Positions 48,516 through 61,268 of a DNA stretch of 64,000 nt are shown here, in pieces (within the stretch, counting starts at the first letter, position 1; every line of letters starts with the position of its first letter). A program made the position numbers and the translations under genes. Source of the DNA: Octopus sinensis (taxonomy: Eukaryota); NCBI RefSeq assembly GCF_006345805.1, contig NC_043021.1, positions 23,312,001 to 23,376,000 on the forward strand. The letters are read 5' to 3'. A model generated the notes under the pieces. It had not been told where the DNA came from. It made no database searches and was given only the letters and a program-made list of their open reading frames with translations.

Positions 48516-48587
48516 AATTTCTCTAAGTTGTGAAGGCCTTGAAACAGCTCTTTTTCAATCCTTGAAATTTTATTGTTGGAAAGATAT
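48516..48587 (-). CDS. 72-bp LRR exon, type B (B4)
   Basis: A-YLSNNKISRIEKELFQGLHNLEK-TT with AG/GT boundaries. Confidence 0.9.
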
Positions 48588-49500
48588 CTGAAGCAGGAAA
48601 CAATATTGGTTAGATTGACATAGTGTGAATTGCGATAACATATTCAATATTGTTCTTTATGAAAAGGGACAAAATTATAGGAAAATAATACGAGAGGAAG
48701 AGGAACAGGAAAGAGATTGAGTAGAAGAGAAAATAAAGAAGAAGGGGAGGAGGGAGAAGGGGAAAGGAAGAAGTCAAGGAGGAAGGGGTGGGGGGGGAAG
48801 AAGTAGAAGAAGGAGGAGTAGGAGGAGAAGGAGGAGGGGAGAAGAAGAAGGATGAGGAAGGGGGAGGATATGGATGTGCAGAAGGGAGAGGAAAATAGGA
48901 GGAGGAACATAGGGTATAGGAGAAGAAGAATATGTAGAAGATTAAAAAGTGGAGGGGGAGGGGTGGAGACATGAAGTGAATGACAAAATTCGAAGTTGTG
49001 TGATAATATCGAAACACGAAGGAGAATATTCAAATAAGAAATGGAGGAAGATGCAAAATATAAAATAAAGAAATAATATAGTCACACTTCACTCAGAACT
49101 ACACTTATATATGAACATACACATATACTTCAGCTAAAAATATTTGATGCAAACATGTAAACTCAGAAAGGTTACCATTTCTAATACAAATTCATATCAA
49201 AATCATTGAAATTTTGGGAACAAAAATGAGTTATTGAGATGCGAATTGAACAAAGCAAGTACAATAAAGGAACATTATATTTTTCCTATATTTTCATTTT
49301 CTCTCTCAAATTCTCTCTCTTTCTTTCACATTGTCTCGCTCTCTCATATTCTCTTTGTATCTTCCTAAATCGTATTCATTCTACAATTTGAATTGATTTT
49401 GTTCGGTTCGGTGCAGTCTGAAGTTTTATACATTTGTGAGCTTATGTATCAGCATCAATTATTACTTTCGTAATAGTATCAAGAAACTGAACGAACTTAC

Positions 49501-49574
49501 AATGTCTCTAAATTCGAAAGCCCCGTGAATACACCTCTTCTTTGATGGTTGAAATGTTGTTCCATCTCAGATAT
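49501..49574 (-). pseudogene. Type E LRR exon with 2-bp insertion (E6, 74 bp)
   Basis: Identical to E5 except ACACCTCTTC vs ACACCTTC; frameshifting unless an assembly error. Confidence 0.65.
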
Positions 49575-50255
49575 CTATAGCAATAAAGAAAGAGTAAAAT
49601 AGATTATGGAAAGTATTTGTGATACGACATCAAACACTGTGACTTCAGAATGAAAGGAAGAAAAAGAAGAAAGATAACGAAGAAGAAAAAGAAGAAGAAG
49701 AAGCAGAAGAAAGAAGAAGAGACGAAGAGAATGTAGAAGAAGAAGAATAAAAGAAGAAGACTAGAAAGGAGAAGGAGAAGGAGAAGAAGAAGAAGAAGTA
49801 GAAGAAGAAGAAAAAGAAGAAGAAGAGGAAGAGGAAGGAGAATTGACGAGGAGGTGGAGGAGGCGGAGGAGGTGGAAGAGGCGGAGTGGTGGAGGAGGCG
49901 GAGGATGTGGAGAGGCGGGGATGTTAGGAGTAGGACAAAGGAAGGGATGACTGTGGAGGGGCAGCTGGGGTTGCAGCAGAAGGAGCAGGAAGAGCAGGAG
50001 ACTGAGAATAAGAGGAAGAATTGGCAGAGAATGGAAAAGAGGGAGACCAGTGACGAAGCAGAGAGTACAGAGAAGAAAAAGAAGAAGAAAAAGAAGAAGA
50101 AGAAGAAGAGGAAGAAGAAGAAGAAGAATAAGAGGGAGAAGAAAAAGAAGAAGAAGAGGAGGAGGTAAAAGAAGAAGACAAAAAAGGAAGAAGAAGAAGA
50201 ATAAGATACAGAAGAAGAAGAGGGAGTAAAAGAAGAAGAAGACAAAGAAAAGGAA

Positions 50256-50287
<32 letters not shown>

Positions 50288-50883
50288 AGAAGAAGACAAA
50301 GAAAAGAAGAAGAAGAAGAAGAAGAAGAAGAGGAACATGAAGAAGATGAAGAAGGAAAGAGAAGAAGACGAAGAAGATGAAGAAGAAGAAAAATAGAAGA
50401 GAACGAAGAAATTGAAGAAGAAGGAGGATGAGTAGGACGAAGAGGGGAGGTTGAGGAGGAGAATTGCAATAAAAAGAAGAAAAATGAGAAGGAGGTGGAG
50501 GAGGAGGGGAATAGGAGAATTACAAGAAGAAGATAAACAACACCACAATAAACAAAAAATGATCTCGGTGGAAGTGTGGATAAATAAGAATCAACAGAAC
50601 AATGTGTAAGAAAATAGTAGCTAAAACTTATATTAATAGTGCAGATACATACATACATATGAACATACACATATATATTTTCAGGAATAACATTTTTATG
50701 CAGACAATTATCAACTGACAGTCATTGACATGTTCAGACTCAATCAAATAAATATAACACGAATATGAGAACTGAATATGATTTACAGTAATAGAGAGTG
50801 AGAAAACATGGAAATAAGGGGATATTAAATTTAAAGACATAGTATATTCCTCATGTATAAACGACAACATTGAAAGAACTTAC

Positions 50884-50955
50884 AATTTCTCTAAGTTGTG
50901 AAGGCCTTGAAACATCTCTTTTTCAATCCTTGAAATTTTATTGTTGGAAAGACGT
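50884..50955 (-). CDS. 72-bp LRR exon, type B (B3)
   Basis: A-RLSNNKISRIEKEMFQGLHNLEK-TT. Confidence 0.9.
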
Positions 50956-51866
50956 CTGAAGCAGGAAACAATATTGGTTAGATTGACATAGTGTGAATTG
51001 CGATAACATATTCAATATTGTTCTTTATGAAAAGGGACAAAATTATAGGAAAATAATACGAGAGGAAGAGGAACAGGAAAGAGATTGAGTAGAAGAGAAA
51101 ATAAAGAAGAAGGGGAGGAGGGAGAAGGGGAAAGGAAGAAGTCAAGGAGGAAGGGGTGGGGGGGAAGAAGTAGAAGAAGGAGGAGTAGGAGGAGAAGGAG
51201 GAGGGGAGAAGAAGAAGGATGAGGAAGGGGGAGGATATGGATGTGCAGAAGGGAGAGGAAAATAGGAGGAGGAACATAGGGTATAGGAGAAGAAGAATAT
51301 GTAGAAGATTAAAAAGTGGAGGGGAGGGGGTGGAGACATGAAGTGAATGACAAAATTCGAAGTTGTGTGATAATATCGAAACACGAAGGAGAATATTCCA
51401 ATAAGAAATGGAGGAAGATGCAAAATATAAAATAAAGAAATAATATAGTCACACTTCACTCAGAACTACACTTATATATGAACATACACATATACTTCAG
51501 CTAAAAATATTTGATGCAAACATGTAAACTCAGAAAGGTTACCATTTCTAATACAAATTCATATCAAAATCATTGAAATTTGGGGAACAAAAATGAGTTA
51601 TTGAGATGCGAATTGAAACAAAGCAAGTACAATAAAGGAACATTATATTTTTCCTATATTTTCATTTTCTCTCTCAAATTCTCTCTCTTTCTTTCACATT
51701 GTCTCGCTCTCTCATATTCTCTTTGTATCTTCCTAAATCGTATTCATTCTACAAATTTGAATTGATTTTGTTCGGTGCAGTCTGAAGTTTTATACATTTG
51801 TGAGCTTATGTATCAGCATCAATTATTACTTTCGGATAATAGTATCAAGAAACTGAACGAACTTAC

Positions 51867-51938
51867 AATGTCTCTAAATTCGAAAGCCCCGTGAATACAC
51901 CTTCTTTGATGGTTGAAATGTTGTTCCATCTCAGATAT
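51867..51938 (-). CDS. 72-bp LRR exon, type E (E5)
   Basis: A-YLRWNNISTIKEGVFTGLSNLET-TT. Confidence 0.9.
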
Positions 51939-52650
51939 CTATAGCAATAAAGAAAGAGTAAAATAGATTATATGGAAAGTATTTGTGATACGACATCAAA
52001 CACTGTGACTTCAGAATGAAAGGAAGAAAAAGAAGAAAGATAACGAAGAAGAAAAAGAAGAAGAAGAAGAAGAAGAAGAAGAAGAAGACGAAGAGAATGT
52101 AGAAGAAGAAGAAGATAAAGAAGAAGAACTAGAAAGGAGAAGGAGAAGGAGAAGAAGAAGAAGAATTAGAAGAAGAAGAAGAAGAAGAAGAAGAAGAAGA
52201 AGAGGAAGGAGATTGACGAGGAGGTGGAGGAGGCGAAGGAGGTGGAGAGGCGGGGAATATTCCAGGCGGCCAAATATTCAATATTGTTCTTTATGAAAGG
52301 GGACAAAATTATAGGAAAATAATACGAAATGAAGAAGAAAAGGAGAAGGCGAAGAAGAAGAAGAAGAAGAAGAAGAAGAAGGAGAAAAGAAGAAGGAGAA
52401 GATGATGAAGGAGGAGGACGAGGAGGACGAGGAGGAGGAGAAGGAGGAGGAGAATAACAAAAAGGAGAAGATAGGAAGAAGAAGGATGATGAGTAGTAGT
52501 AGAAGAAGTAGAAAGTGGAAGAAGAAGAAGAAGAAGAAGAAGGAATAGAAGAAAAAGAAGAAGAAGAAGAAGAAGAAAAAGAAGGAGAAGAAAAAGAAGG
52601 AGAAGAAAAAGGAGAAGCATGAGGATGGGGAGGGAGAATTACAAGAAAAA

Positions 52651-52692
<42 letters not shown>

Positions 52693-54255
52693 GAAGAAGC
52701 AAAAGGAGGTGGGGGAGGGGAGGATGAGAATTACAAGAAGAAGAAGAAGGAGACAGAGGAAGTGGATGCACAAGTAAAAGGAGGAGAATGAAGGGGGAGG
52801 AGAAGAAGTAGAAGAAAAAAGAAGTAGAAGAAAGAGATGAAGAAGAAAACGAATAAGAAGGAGGAAGACGTGGAGGAAAATGTAGAAGAAGATAAAAAGA
52901 AGCAGGATCGGTGAGGGGGGGTGGAAGAGAATTACAAGATAAAGAAGGAGGAGGAGCGGGAGGGAGAGGAGGAGGAAGAGAATTACAAGAAGAAAATGAA
53001 AAAGGAGCAGCGGGAAAAAGTAGAAGAAGGGGAGGAGGAGGAGGAGAAGAAGAACAAAAGAAGAAGAAGAAGAAGAGAAGAAAAAGGAGGAGCAGGAGGA
53101 GAGGAGTAGGAAGAAGAAGAAGGTGAAGAAAAAAAAGAAGATGAAGGAGAAGGAGGAGGAGGAATAGCAGGAGAAGGAGGAGGAGGAATAGCAGGAGAGA
53201 AGAAGAAGAAGAAGAAGAAGAAGAAGAAGAAAAGAAGAAGAAGAAGAAGAAGAAGAAGAAGAAGACACATTGAAAATCATGGTGTTTAAGATGAAACTGA
53301 AAATGTTCTCAAAATATCAGGAAATAATTCAAGGATAGATCGATAAATTTTGGGCGAGAAGACATGGCTGAAAAATCAGGGAATATACGGAATCAGAAAT
53401 CAACATATTCAAATGCACTCATTCGCATTCTTATATTCATAGTATCAACGACGGAATGCGGTATGCACACTCACATCACACATATTCCCAATCACACTTG
53501 TGGAAATATGGTGAGAGAGATTATTTATTTCATATCGCTTCATTGTCACAAAAATATTAGAAAACACACGCTTACAAGAAATATATCAGCAGTTTAATTG
53601 TATCAGGGCAAATATTCCAGCTTACAAGTACAGTAAGTATTTCAGGTTTAAAGATAGAATGTATGTGACTATATTATTCGAATATATATTTTCCGCTTCC
53701 ACTTCAGTTGCTCTATTACATAAATAACGTGAAGTGAATGACAAAATTCGAAGTTGTGTGATAATATCGAAACACGAAGGAGAATATTGAAATAAGAAAT
53801 GGAGGAAGATGCAAAATATAAAATAAAGAAATAATATAGTCACATTTCACTCAGAACTACACTTATATATGAACATACACATATACTTCAGCTAAAAATA
53901 TTTGATGCAAACATGTAAACTCACAAACATTAGCATTTCTAATACAAATTCATATCAAAATCATTGAGATTTGGGGAACAAAAATGAGTTATTGAGATGC
54001 GAATTGAAACAAGCAACTACAATAAAGGAACATTATATTCTTCCTATTATTTCAATTTCTCTCTCAAATTCTCTCTCTTTCTTTCACATTGTCTCGCTCT
54101 CTCATATTCTCTTTGCATATTCCTAAATCTTGTTCATTCTACAAATTTGAATTGATTTTGTTCGGGGCAGTCTGAAATGTTATACATTTGTGAGCTTATA
54201 TATCAGCATCAATTATTACTTTCGGAAAATAGTATCAAGTAACTGAAGAACTTAC

Positions 54256-54327
54256 AATTCTTTTAAATTCGAAAGCCCCTTGAATGTACCGTCTTTGATG
54301 GTTGAAATCTTGTTCTTGGACAGATCT
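54256..54327 (-). CDS. 72-bp LRR exon, type E (E4)
   Basis: A-DLSKNKISTIKDGTFKGLSNLKE-TT. Confidence 0.9.
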
Positions 54328-55501
54328 CTATAGCAGTAAAGAAAGAGTAAAATAGATTATATGGAAAATATTTGTGACACGACATCAAACACTGTGACTT
54401 CAGAATGAAAGGAAGAAAAAGAAGAAAGATAACGAAGAAAAAGAAGAAGTAGAAGCAGGAGGAGGAGAAGAAGAAGAAGAAGAGGAGGAGTAGAAGAAGA
54501 AGTAGAAGAAGGAGAATTGGGCAGGAGGTGGAGGGGGCGGAAGAGAAGGTGTGGTGGGGAGGTTAGGAGGAGGACCAAGGAATGGATGACTGAGGAGCGG
54601 CAGCTGGGGGTAGAAGCAGAAGGAGCAGGAAGAGCATGAGAATGAGAATAAGAGGAAGAATTGGCAGAGAATGGAAAAGAGGGAGACCAGTGACGAACCA
54701 GAAAGTACAGAGAAGAAAAAGAAGAAGAAAAAGAAGAAGAAGAAGAAGAAAAAGGGGAAGAAGAAGAAAAACAGAAGAAGAATACAAATAAGTAGAAAAA
54801 TAAGAAGAAAAAAGAAGGCAAAGAAGAAGACAAAGATGAAGTAGAACACGAAGAAAAGTAACAAGAAGAAGAAGATGATGAAGTAGAAGAAGAAGAAGAA
54901 GAAGAAGAAGAAGACGACGAAGAAGAAGAGGAATATGTAGGAGATGAAGAAGGAAAGAAGAAGACGAAGAAGATGAAGTAGAAGAAAAATAGAAGAGAAA
55001 GAAGAAATTGAAGAAAAAGGAGGATGAGTAGGACGAAGATGGGAGGTTGAGGAGGAGAATTGCAATAATAATAAGAAGTAGAAGAAAAAGGAGGAGAAGG
55101 ATGTGGAGGAGGAGGGCTGAAAAGATAATTACAAGAAGAAGAACAAAACAACAATAACAAAAAATTATCTCGGTGGAAGTGTGGATAAATAACCACACGG
55201 CACCACAGAATCAAGAGAACAATGTGTAAGAAAATAGTAGCTAAAACTTATATTAATAGTGCAGATACAGACATACATATGAACATACACATATATTTTC
55301 AGGAATAACATTTTTATGCAGACAATTATCAACTGACAGTCATTGACATGTTCAGACTCAATCAAATAAATATAAGACGAATATGAGAACTGAATATGAT
55401 TTACAGTAATAGAGAGTGAGAAAACATGGAAATAAGGGGATATTAAATTTAAAGACATAGTATATTCCTCATGTATAAACGACAACATTGAATGAACTTA
55501 C

Positions 55502-55573
55502 AATTCCTCTAAGTTGTGAAGGCCTTGAAACATCTCCTTTTCAATCCTTGAAATTTTATTGTTGCCAAGATTT
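55502..55573 (-). CDS. 72-bp LRR exon, type B (B2)
   Basis: A-NLGNNKISRIEKEMFQGLHNLEE-TT. Confidence 0.9.
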
Positions 55574-57571
55574 CTGAAGCAGGAAACAATATTGGTTAGA
55601 TTGACATAGTGTGAATTGCGATAACATATTCAATATTGTTCTTTATGAAAAGGGACAAAATTATAGGAAAATAATACGAAATGAAGAAGAAAAGGAGAAG
55701 ACGAAGAAGAAAAGGAGAAGAAGAAGAAGAAAAGGAGAAAAGAAGAAGGAGAAGATGATGAAGGAGGAGGACGAGGAGGACGAGGAGGAGGAGAAGGAGG
55801 AGGAGAATAACAAAAAGGAGAAGATAGGAAGAAGAAGGATGATGAGTAGTAGTAGAAGAAGTAGAAAGTGGAAGAAGAAGAAGAAGAAGAAGAAGGAATA
55901 GAAGAAAAAGAAGAAGAAGAAGAAGAAGAAAAAGAAGGAGAAGAAAATTGAGAAGCATGAGGATGGGGAGGGAGAATTACAAGAAGAATAAGAAGAGAAG
56001 AAGAAGAAGGAAAAGGAGGTGGGGGAGGGGAGGGGGAGAATTACATAAGAAGAAGAAAGAAGGAGACGGAGGAAGTGGATGCACAAGTAAAAGGAGGAGA
56101 ATGAAGGGGGAGGAGAAGAAGTAGAAGAAGAAAAAAAGAAATAGAAGAAAGAGATTTAGAAGAAAACGAATAAGAAGGAGGAAGACGAGGAGCAAAAATT
56201 AGAAGAAGATAAAAAGAAGCAGGACCGGTGAGGGGGGGTGGACGAGAATTACAAGATGAAGAAGGAGGAGGAGTGGGAGGGAGAGGAGGAGGAAGAGAAT
56301 TACAAGAAGAAAATGAAAAAGGAGCAGCGGGAAAAAGTAGAAGAAGGAAGAGGAGGTGGAGGAGAAGAAGAACAAAAGAAGAAGAAGAAGAAGAAGAAGA
56401 AGAGAAGAAAAAGGAGGAGCAGAGGAGAGGAGTAGGAAGAAGAAGAAGGTGAAGATTAAAAAGAAGATGAAGGAGAAGGAGGAGGAGGAATAGCAGGAGA
56501 GGAAGAAGAAGAAGAGGACGAAGAAGAAGAAGAAGAAGAAGAAAAGAAGAAGAAGAAGAAGAAGAAGACGAAGAAGAAGACACATTGAAAATCATGGTGT
56601 TTAAGATGAAACTGAGAATGTTCTCAAAATATCAGGAAATAATTCAAGGATAGATCGATAAATTTTGGGCGAGAAGACATGGCTGAAAAATCAGGGAATA
56701 TACGGAATCAGAAATCAACATATTCAAATGCACTCATACACATTCTCATATTCATAGTATCAACGACGGAATGCGCTATGCACACTCACATCACACATAT
56801 TCCCAATCAAACTTGTGGAAATATGGTGAGAGAGATTATTTATTTCATATCGCTTCATTGTCACAAGAATATTAGAAAACACACGCTTACAAGAAATATA
56901 TCAGCAGTTTAATTGTATCAGGCCAAATATTCCAGCTTACAAGTACAGTAAGTATTTCAGGTTTAAAGATAGAATGTATATGACTATATTATTCGAATAT
57001 ATATTTTCCGCTTCCACTTCAGTTGCTCTATTACATAAATAACGTGAAGTGAATGACAAAATTCGAAGTTGTGTGATAATATCGAAACACGAAGGAGAAT
57101 ATTGAAATAAGAAATGGAGGAAGATGCAAAATATAAAATAAAGAAATAATATAGTCACACTTCACTCAGAACTACACTTATATATGAACATACACATATA
57201 CTTCAGCTAAAAATATTTGATGCAAACATGTAAACTCACAAACGTTAGCATTTCTAATACAAATTCATATCAAAATCATTGAGATTTGTGGAACAAAAAT
57301 GAGTTATTGAGATGCGAATTGAAACAAAGCAACTACAATAAAGGAACATTATATTCTTCCTATTATTTCAATTTCTCTCTCAAATTCTCTCTCTTTCTTT
57401 CACATTGTCTCGCTCTCTCATATTCTCTTTGCATATTCCTAAATCTTGTTCATTCTACAAATTTGAATTGATTTTGTTCGGGGCAGTCTGAAATGTTATA
57501 CATTTGTGAGCTTATATATCAGCATCAATTATTACTTTCGGATAATAGTATCAAGTAACTGAAGAACTTAC

Positions 57572-57643
57572 AATTCTTTTAAATTCGAAAGCCCCTTGAA
57601 TGTACCGTCTTTGATGGTTGAAATCTTGTTCTTGGACAGATCT
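57572..57643 (-). CDS. 72-bp LRR exon, type E (E3)
   Basis: A-DLSKNKISTIKDGTFKGLSNLKE-TT (identical to E4). Confidence 0.9.
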
Positions 57644-58212
57644 CTATAGCAGTAAAGAAAGAGTAAAATAGATTATATGGAAAATATTTGTGACACGACA
57701 TCAAACACTGTGACTTTAGAATGAAAGGAAGAAAAAGAAGAAAGATAACGAAGAAAAAGAAGAAGTAGAAGCAGGAGGAGGAGGAAGAAGAAGAAGAAGA
57801 AGAGGAGTAGAAGAAGAAAGTAGAAGAAGGAGAATTGGGCAGGAGGTGGAGGGGGCGGAAGAGAAGGTGTGGTGGGGAGGTTAGGAGGAGGACCAAGGAA
57901 TGGATGACTGAGGAGCGGCAGCTGGGGGTAGAAGCAGAAGGAGCAGGAAGAGCATGAGAATGAGAATAAGAGGAAGAATTGGCAGAGAATGGAAAAGAGG
58001 GAGACCAGTGACGAAGCAGAAAGTACAGAGAAGAAAAAGAAGGAGAAGAAAAAGAAGAAGAAGAAGAAGAAAAAGCGGAAGAAGAAGAAAAACAGAAGAA
58101 GAATACAAATAAGTAGAAAAATAAGAAGAAAAAAGAAGGCAAAGAAGAAGACAAAGATGAAGTAGAACACGAAGAAAAGTAACAAGAAGAAGAAGAAGAT
58201 GATGAAGTAGAA

Positions 58213-58244
<32 letters not shown>

Positions 58245-58845
58245 CGCCGAAGAAGAAGAGGAACATGTAGGAGATGAAGAAGGAAAGAAGAAGACGAAGA
58301 AGATGAAGTAGAAGAAAAATAGAAGAAGAGAAAGAAGAAATTGAAGAAAAAGGAGGATGAGTAGGACGAAGAGGGGAGGTTGAGGAGGAGAATTGCAATA
58401 ATAATAAGAAGAAGAAGAAAAAGGAGGAGAAGGAGGTGGAGGAGGAGGGCTGAAAAGATAATTACAAGAAGAAGAACAAAACAACAACAACAACAATAAC
58501 AAAAAATTATCTCGGTGGAAGTGTGGATAAATAACCACACGGAACCTCAGAATCAACAGAACAATGTGTAAGAAAATAGTAGCTAAAACTTATATTAATA
58601 GTGCAGATACAGACATACATATGAACATACACATATATATTTTCAGGAATAACATTTTTATGCAGACAATTATCAACTGACAGTCATTGACATGTTCAGA
58701 CTCAATCAAATAAATATAAGACGAATATGAGAACTGAATATGATTTACAGTAATAGAGAGTGAGAAAACATGGAAATAAGGGGATATTAAATTTAAAGAC
58801 ATAGTATATTCCTCATGTATAAACGACAACATTGAAAGAACTTAC

Positions 58846-58917
58846 AATTTCTCTAAGTTGTGAAGGCCTTCAAACATCTCTTTTTCAATCGTTGAAATTT
58901 TATTGTAGGAAAGACGT
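58846..58917 (-). CDS. 72-bp LRR exon, type B (B1)
   Basis: A-RLSYNKISTIEKEMFEGLHNLEK-TT. Confidence 0.9.
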
Positions 58918-59763
58918 CTGAAGCAGGAAACAATATTGGTTAGATTGACATAGTGTGAATTGCGATAACATATTCAATATTGTTCCTTATAAAAAGGGAC
59001 AAAATTATAGGAAAATAATAAGAGAAGAAGAGGAACAGGAAAGAGATTGAGGAGAAGAAGAAGACAAGGAAGGGGAGGTGGGGAAGGGGAAAAGAAGAAG
59101 ATTAGGAGGAAAACGAGGAGGAGAAGATGTGGAAGAAGGAGGAGTTGGAGGAAGAGGATGGGAGGAGAAGAAGAAAGATGAGGACGGGGGAGGACAAGGA
59201 GATGCAGGAGGGTGGGAAATAGGAGGTGTAGGAGAAGGAGGAAGAGAATAACAAACAAAGAAGCTAAGAAGAAGGAAGAGAAGGAGGAGGAGGAGAAGTC
59301 GAAGAAGTAGAAAGTAGATAAAAAGAAGAAAAAAGAAGACGAAAACGAAGAAGAAAAAGAAGGAGGATGTGGAGCGGTAGGGCTAGAGGAAGAATTACAA
59401 CAAGAAGAAGAAGAAGAAAAAGGAGGAGAGAAGAAGAAGAAGAAGAAGAAGAAGATGACAAGAAGAAGTAGAAGAAAATAAAGAAGAAGTAGAAGAAGAA
59501 GGAAGAGAAGGCAAAAGAAAGAGGAGGAGGATGAAGGGGAAGAAGGAATAGGAGAAGAAGAAAAAGAAGAAGAACAAGAAGAAGGAAAAGGAGGAGGAGG
59601 ACGAGGGAAAGGAGGACGAAGAGAATTACAAGTAGAGATATTGTAAGTTCTTTCAATGAAGAAGAAGAGAGAAAATGAGAAGAACAGAAGGAGGATGAGG
59701 TGGATGAGTAGAAGAAGAAGAAGATAAAGAAGAAGAAGACGAAGAAAATATAGAAGAAAAAAG

Positions 59764-59794
<31 letters not shown>

Positions 59795-61196
59795 GGAAGA
59801 AGATGAAGAAGAAAATGAGGAAGAAGACGAAGAAGACGAAGAAGAAGAAGGAGGAGGAGGAGGAGAAGAAGAAGAAGAAGTAGAAGTAGAAGAAGTAAAA
59901 GAAGAAGAAGAAGAAGAAAGAAGAAGTAAAAGAAGAAGAAGGAGAAGAAGAAGAAGAAGAAGAATTGGAAGAAGATGAAGAAGAAAATGAGGAAAAAGAC
60001 GAAGAAGAAGAAGAAGAAGAAGAAGGAGGAGGAGAAGAAGAGAGAAGAAGAAGAAGAAGAAAAAGAAGAAGAAGGAGAAGAAGAAGAAGAAGAAAAGAAG
60101 AAGGAGGTGAAGAAGAAGAAGGAGAAGAAGAAGGAGGAAGAGAAGAGAAGAAGAAGAAGAAGAAGAAGAAGAAGAAGAAGAAGAGAAGAAGTAGGCGAAG
60201 AAGACCCATTGATTATCATGTCATTGAATACGAATCTGGAAATGTTCTCAAGATATCAGGAAATAATTCAAGGATAGATCGATAAATTTTGGGCGAGAAG
60301 ACATGGCTGAAAAATCAGGGAATATACGGAATCAGAAATCAACATATTCAAATGCACTGATACGCATTTTTATATTCATAGTATCAATGACGGAATGCGG
60401 TATGCACACTCACATGACACATATTCCAACTCACCCTTGTGGAAATATGTTGAGAGAGATTATTTATTTCATATCGCTTCATTGTCACAAGAATATTAGA
60501 AAACACACGCTTACAAGAAATATATCAGCAGTTTAATTGTATCAGGCCAAATATCCCAGCTTACAAGTACAGTAAGTATTTCAGGTTTACGGATAGAATG
60601 TATGTGACTATATTATTCGAATATATATTTTCCGCTTCCACTTCAGTTGCTCTATTACATAAATAACGTGAAGTGAATGACAAAATTCGAAGTTGTGTGA
60701 TAATATCGAAACACGAAGGAGAATATTGAAATAAGAAATGGAGGAATATGGAAAATATAAAATAAAGAAATAATATAGTCACATTTCACACAGAACTACA
60801 CTTATATATGAACATACACATATACTTCAGCTAAAAATATTTGATGCAAACATGTAAACTCACAAACGTTAGCATTTCTAATACAAATTCATATCAAAAT
60901 CATTGAGATTTGGGGAACAAAAATGAGTTATTGAGATGCGAATTGAAACAAAGCAACTACAAGAAAGGAACATTATATTTTTCCTATTATTTCACTTTCT
61001 CTCTCAATTTCTCCGTCTTTCTCTCACTATGTTTCGCTCTCTTACTCCATCTTTGTATCTTCCAAACTCCTGTTCGGTCCCAAAATTTGAATTGATCTTG
61101 TTTGGTGCAGTCTGACCCATTTTAGGTTTATGAGTGTATATATCAGCATCAAATATTACTTTCAGAAAATAGTATCAAGAAACTGAACGAACTTAC

Positions 61197-61268
61197 AATG
61201 TCTTTAAATTCGAAAGCCCCGTGAAGGTCCCTTCTTTGATGGTTGCAATGTTGTTCATTTGCACAATT
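61197..61268 (-). CDS. 72-bp LRR exon, type E (E2)
   Basis: A-IVQMNNIATIKEGTFTGLSNLKT-TT. Confidence 0.88.
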
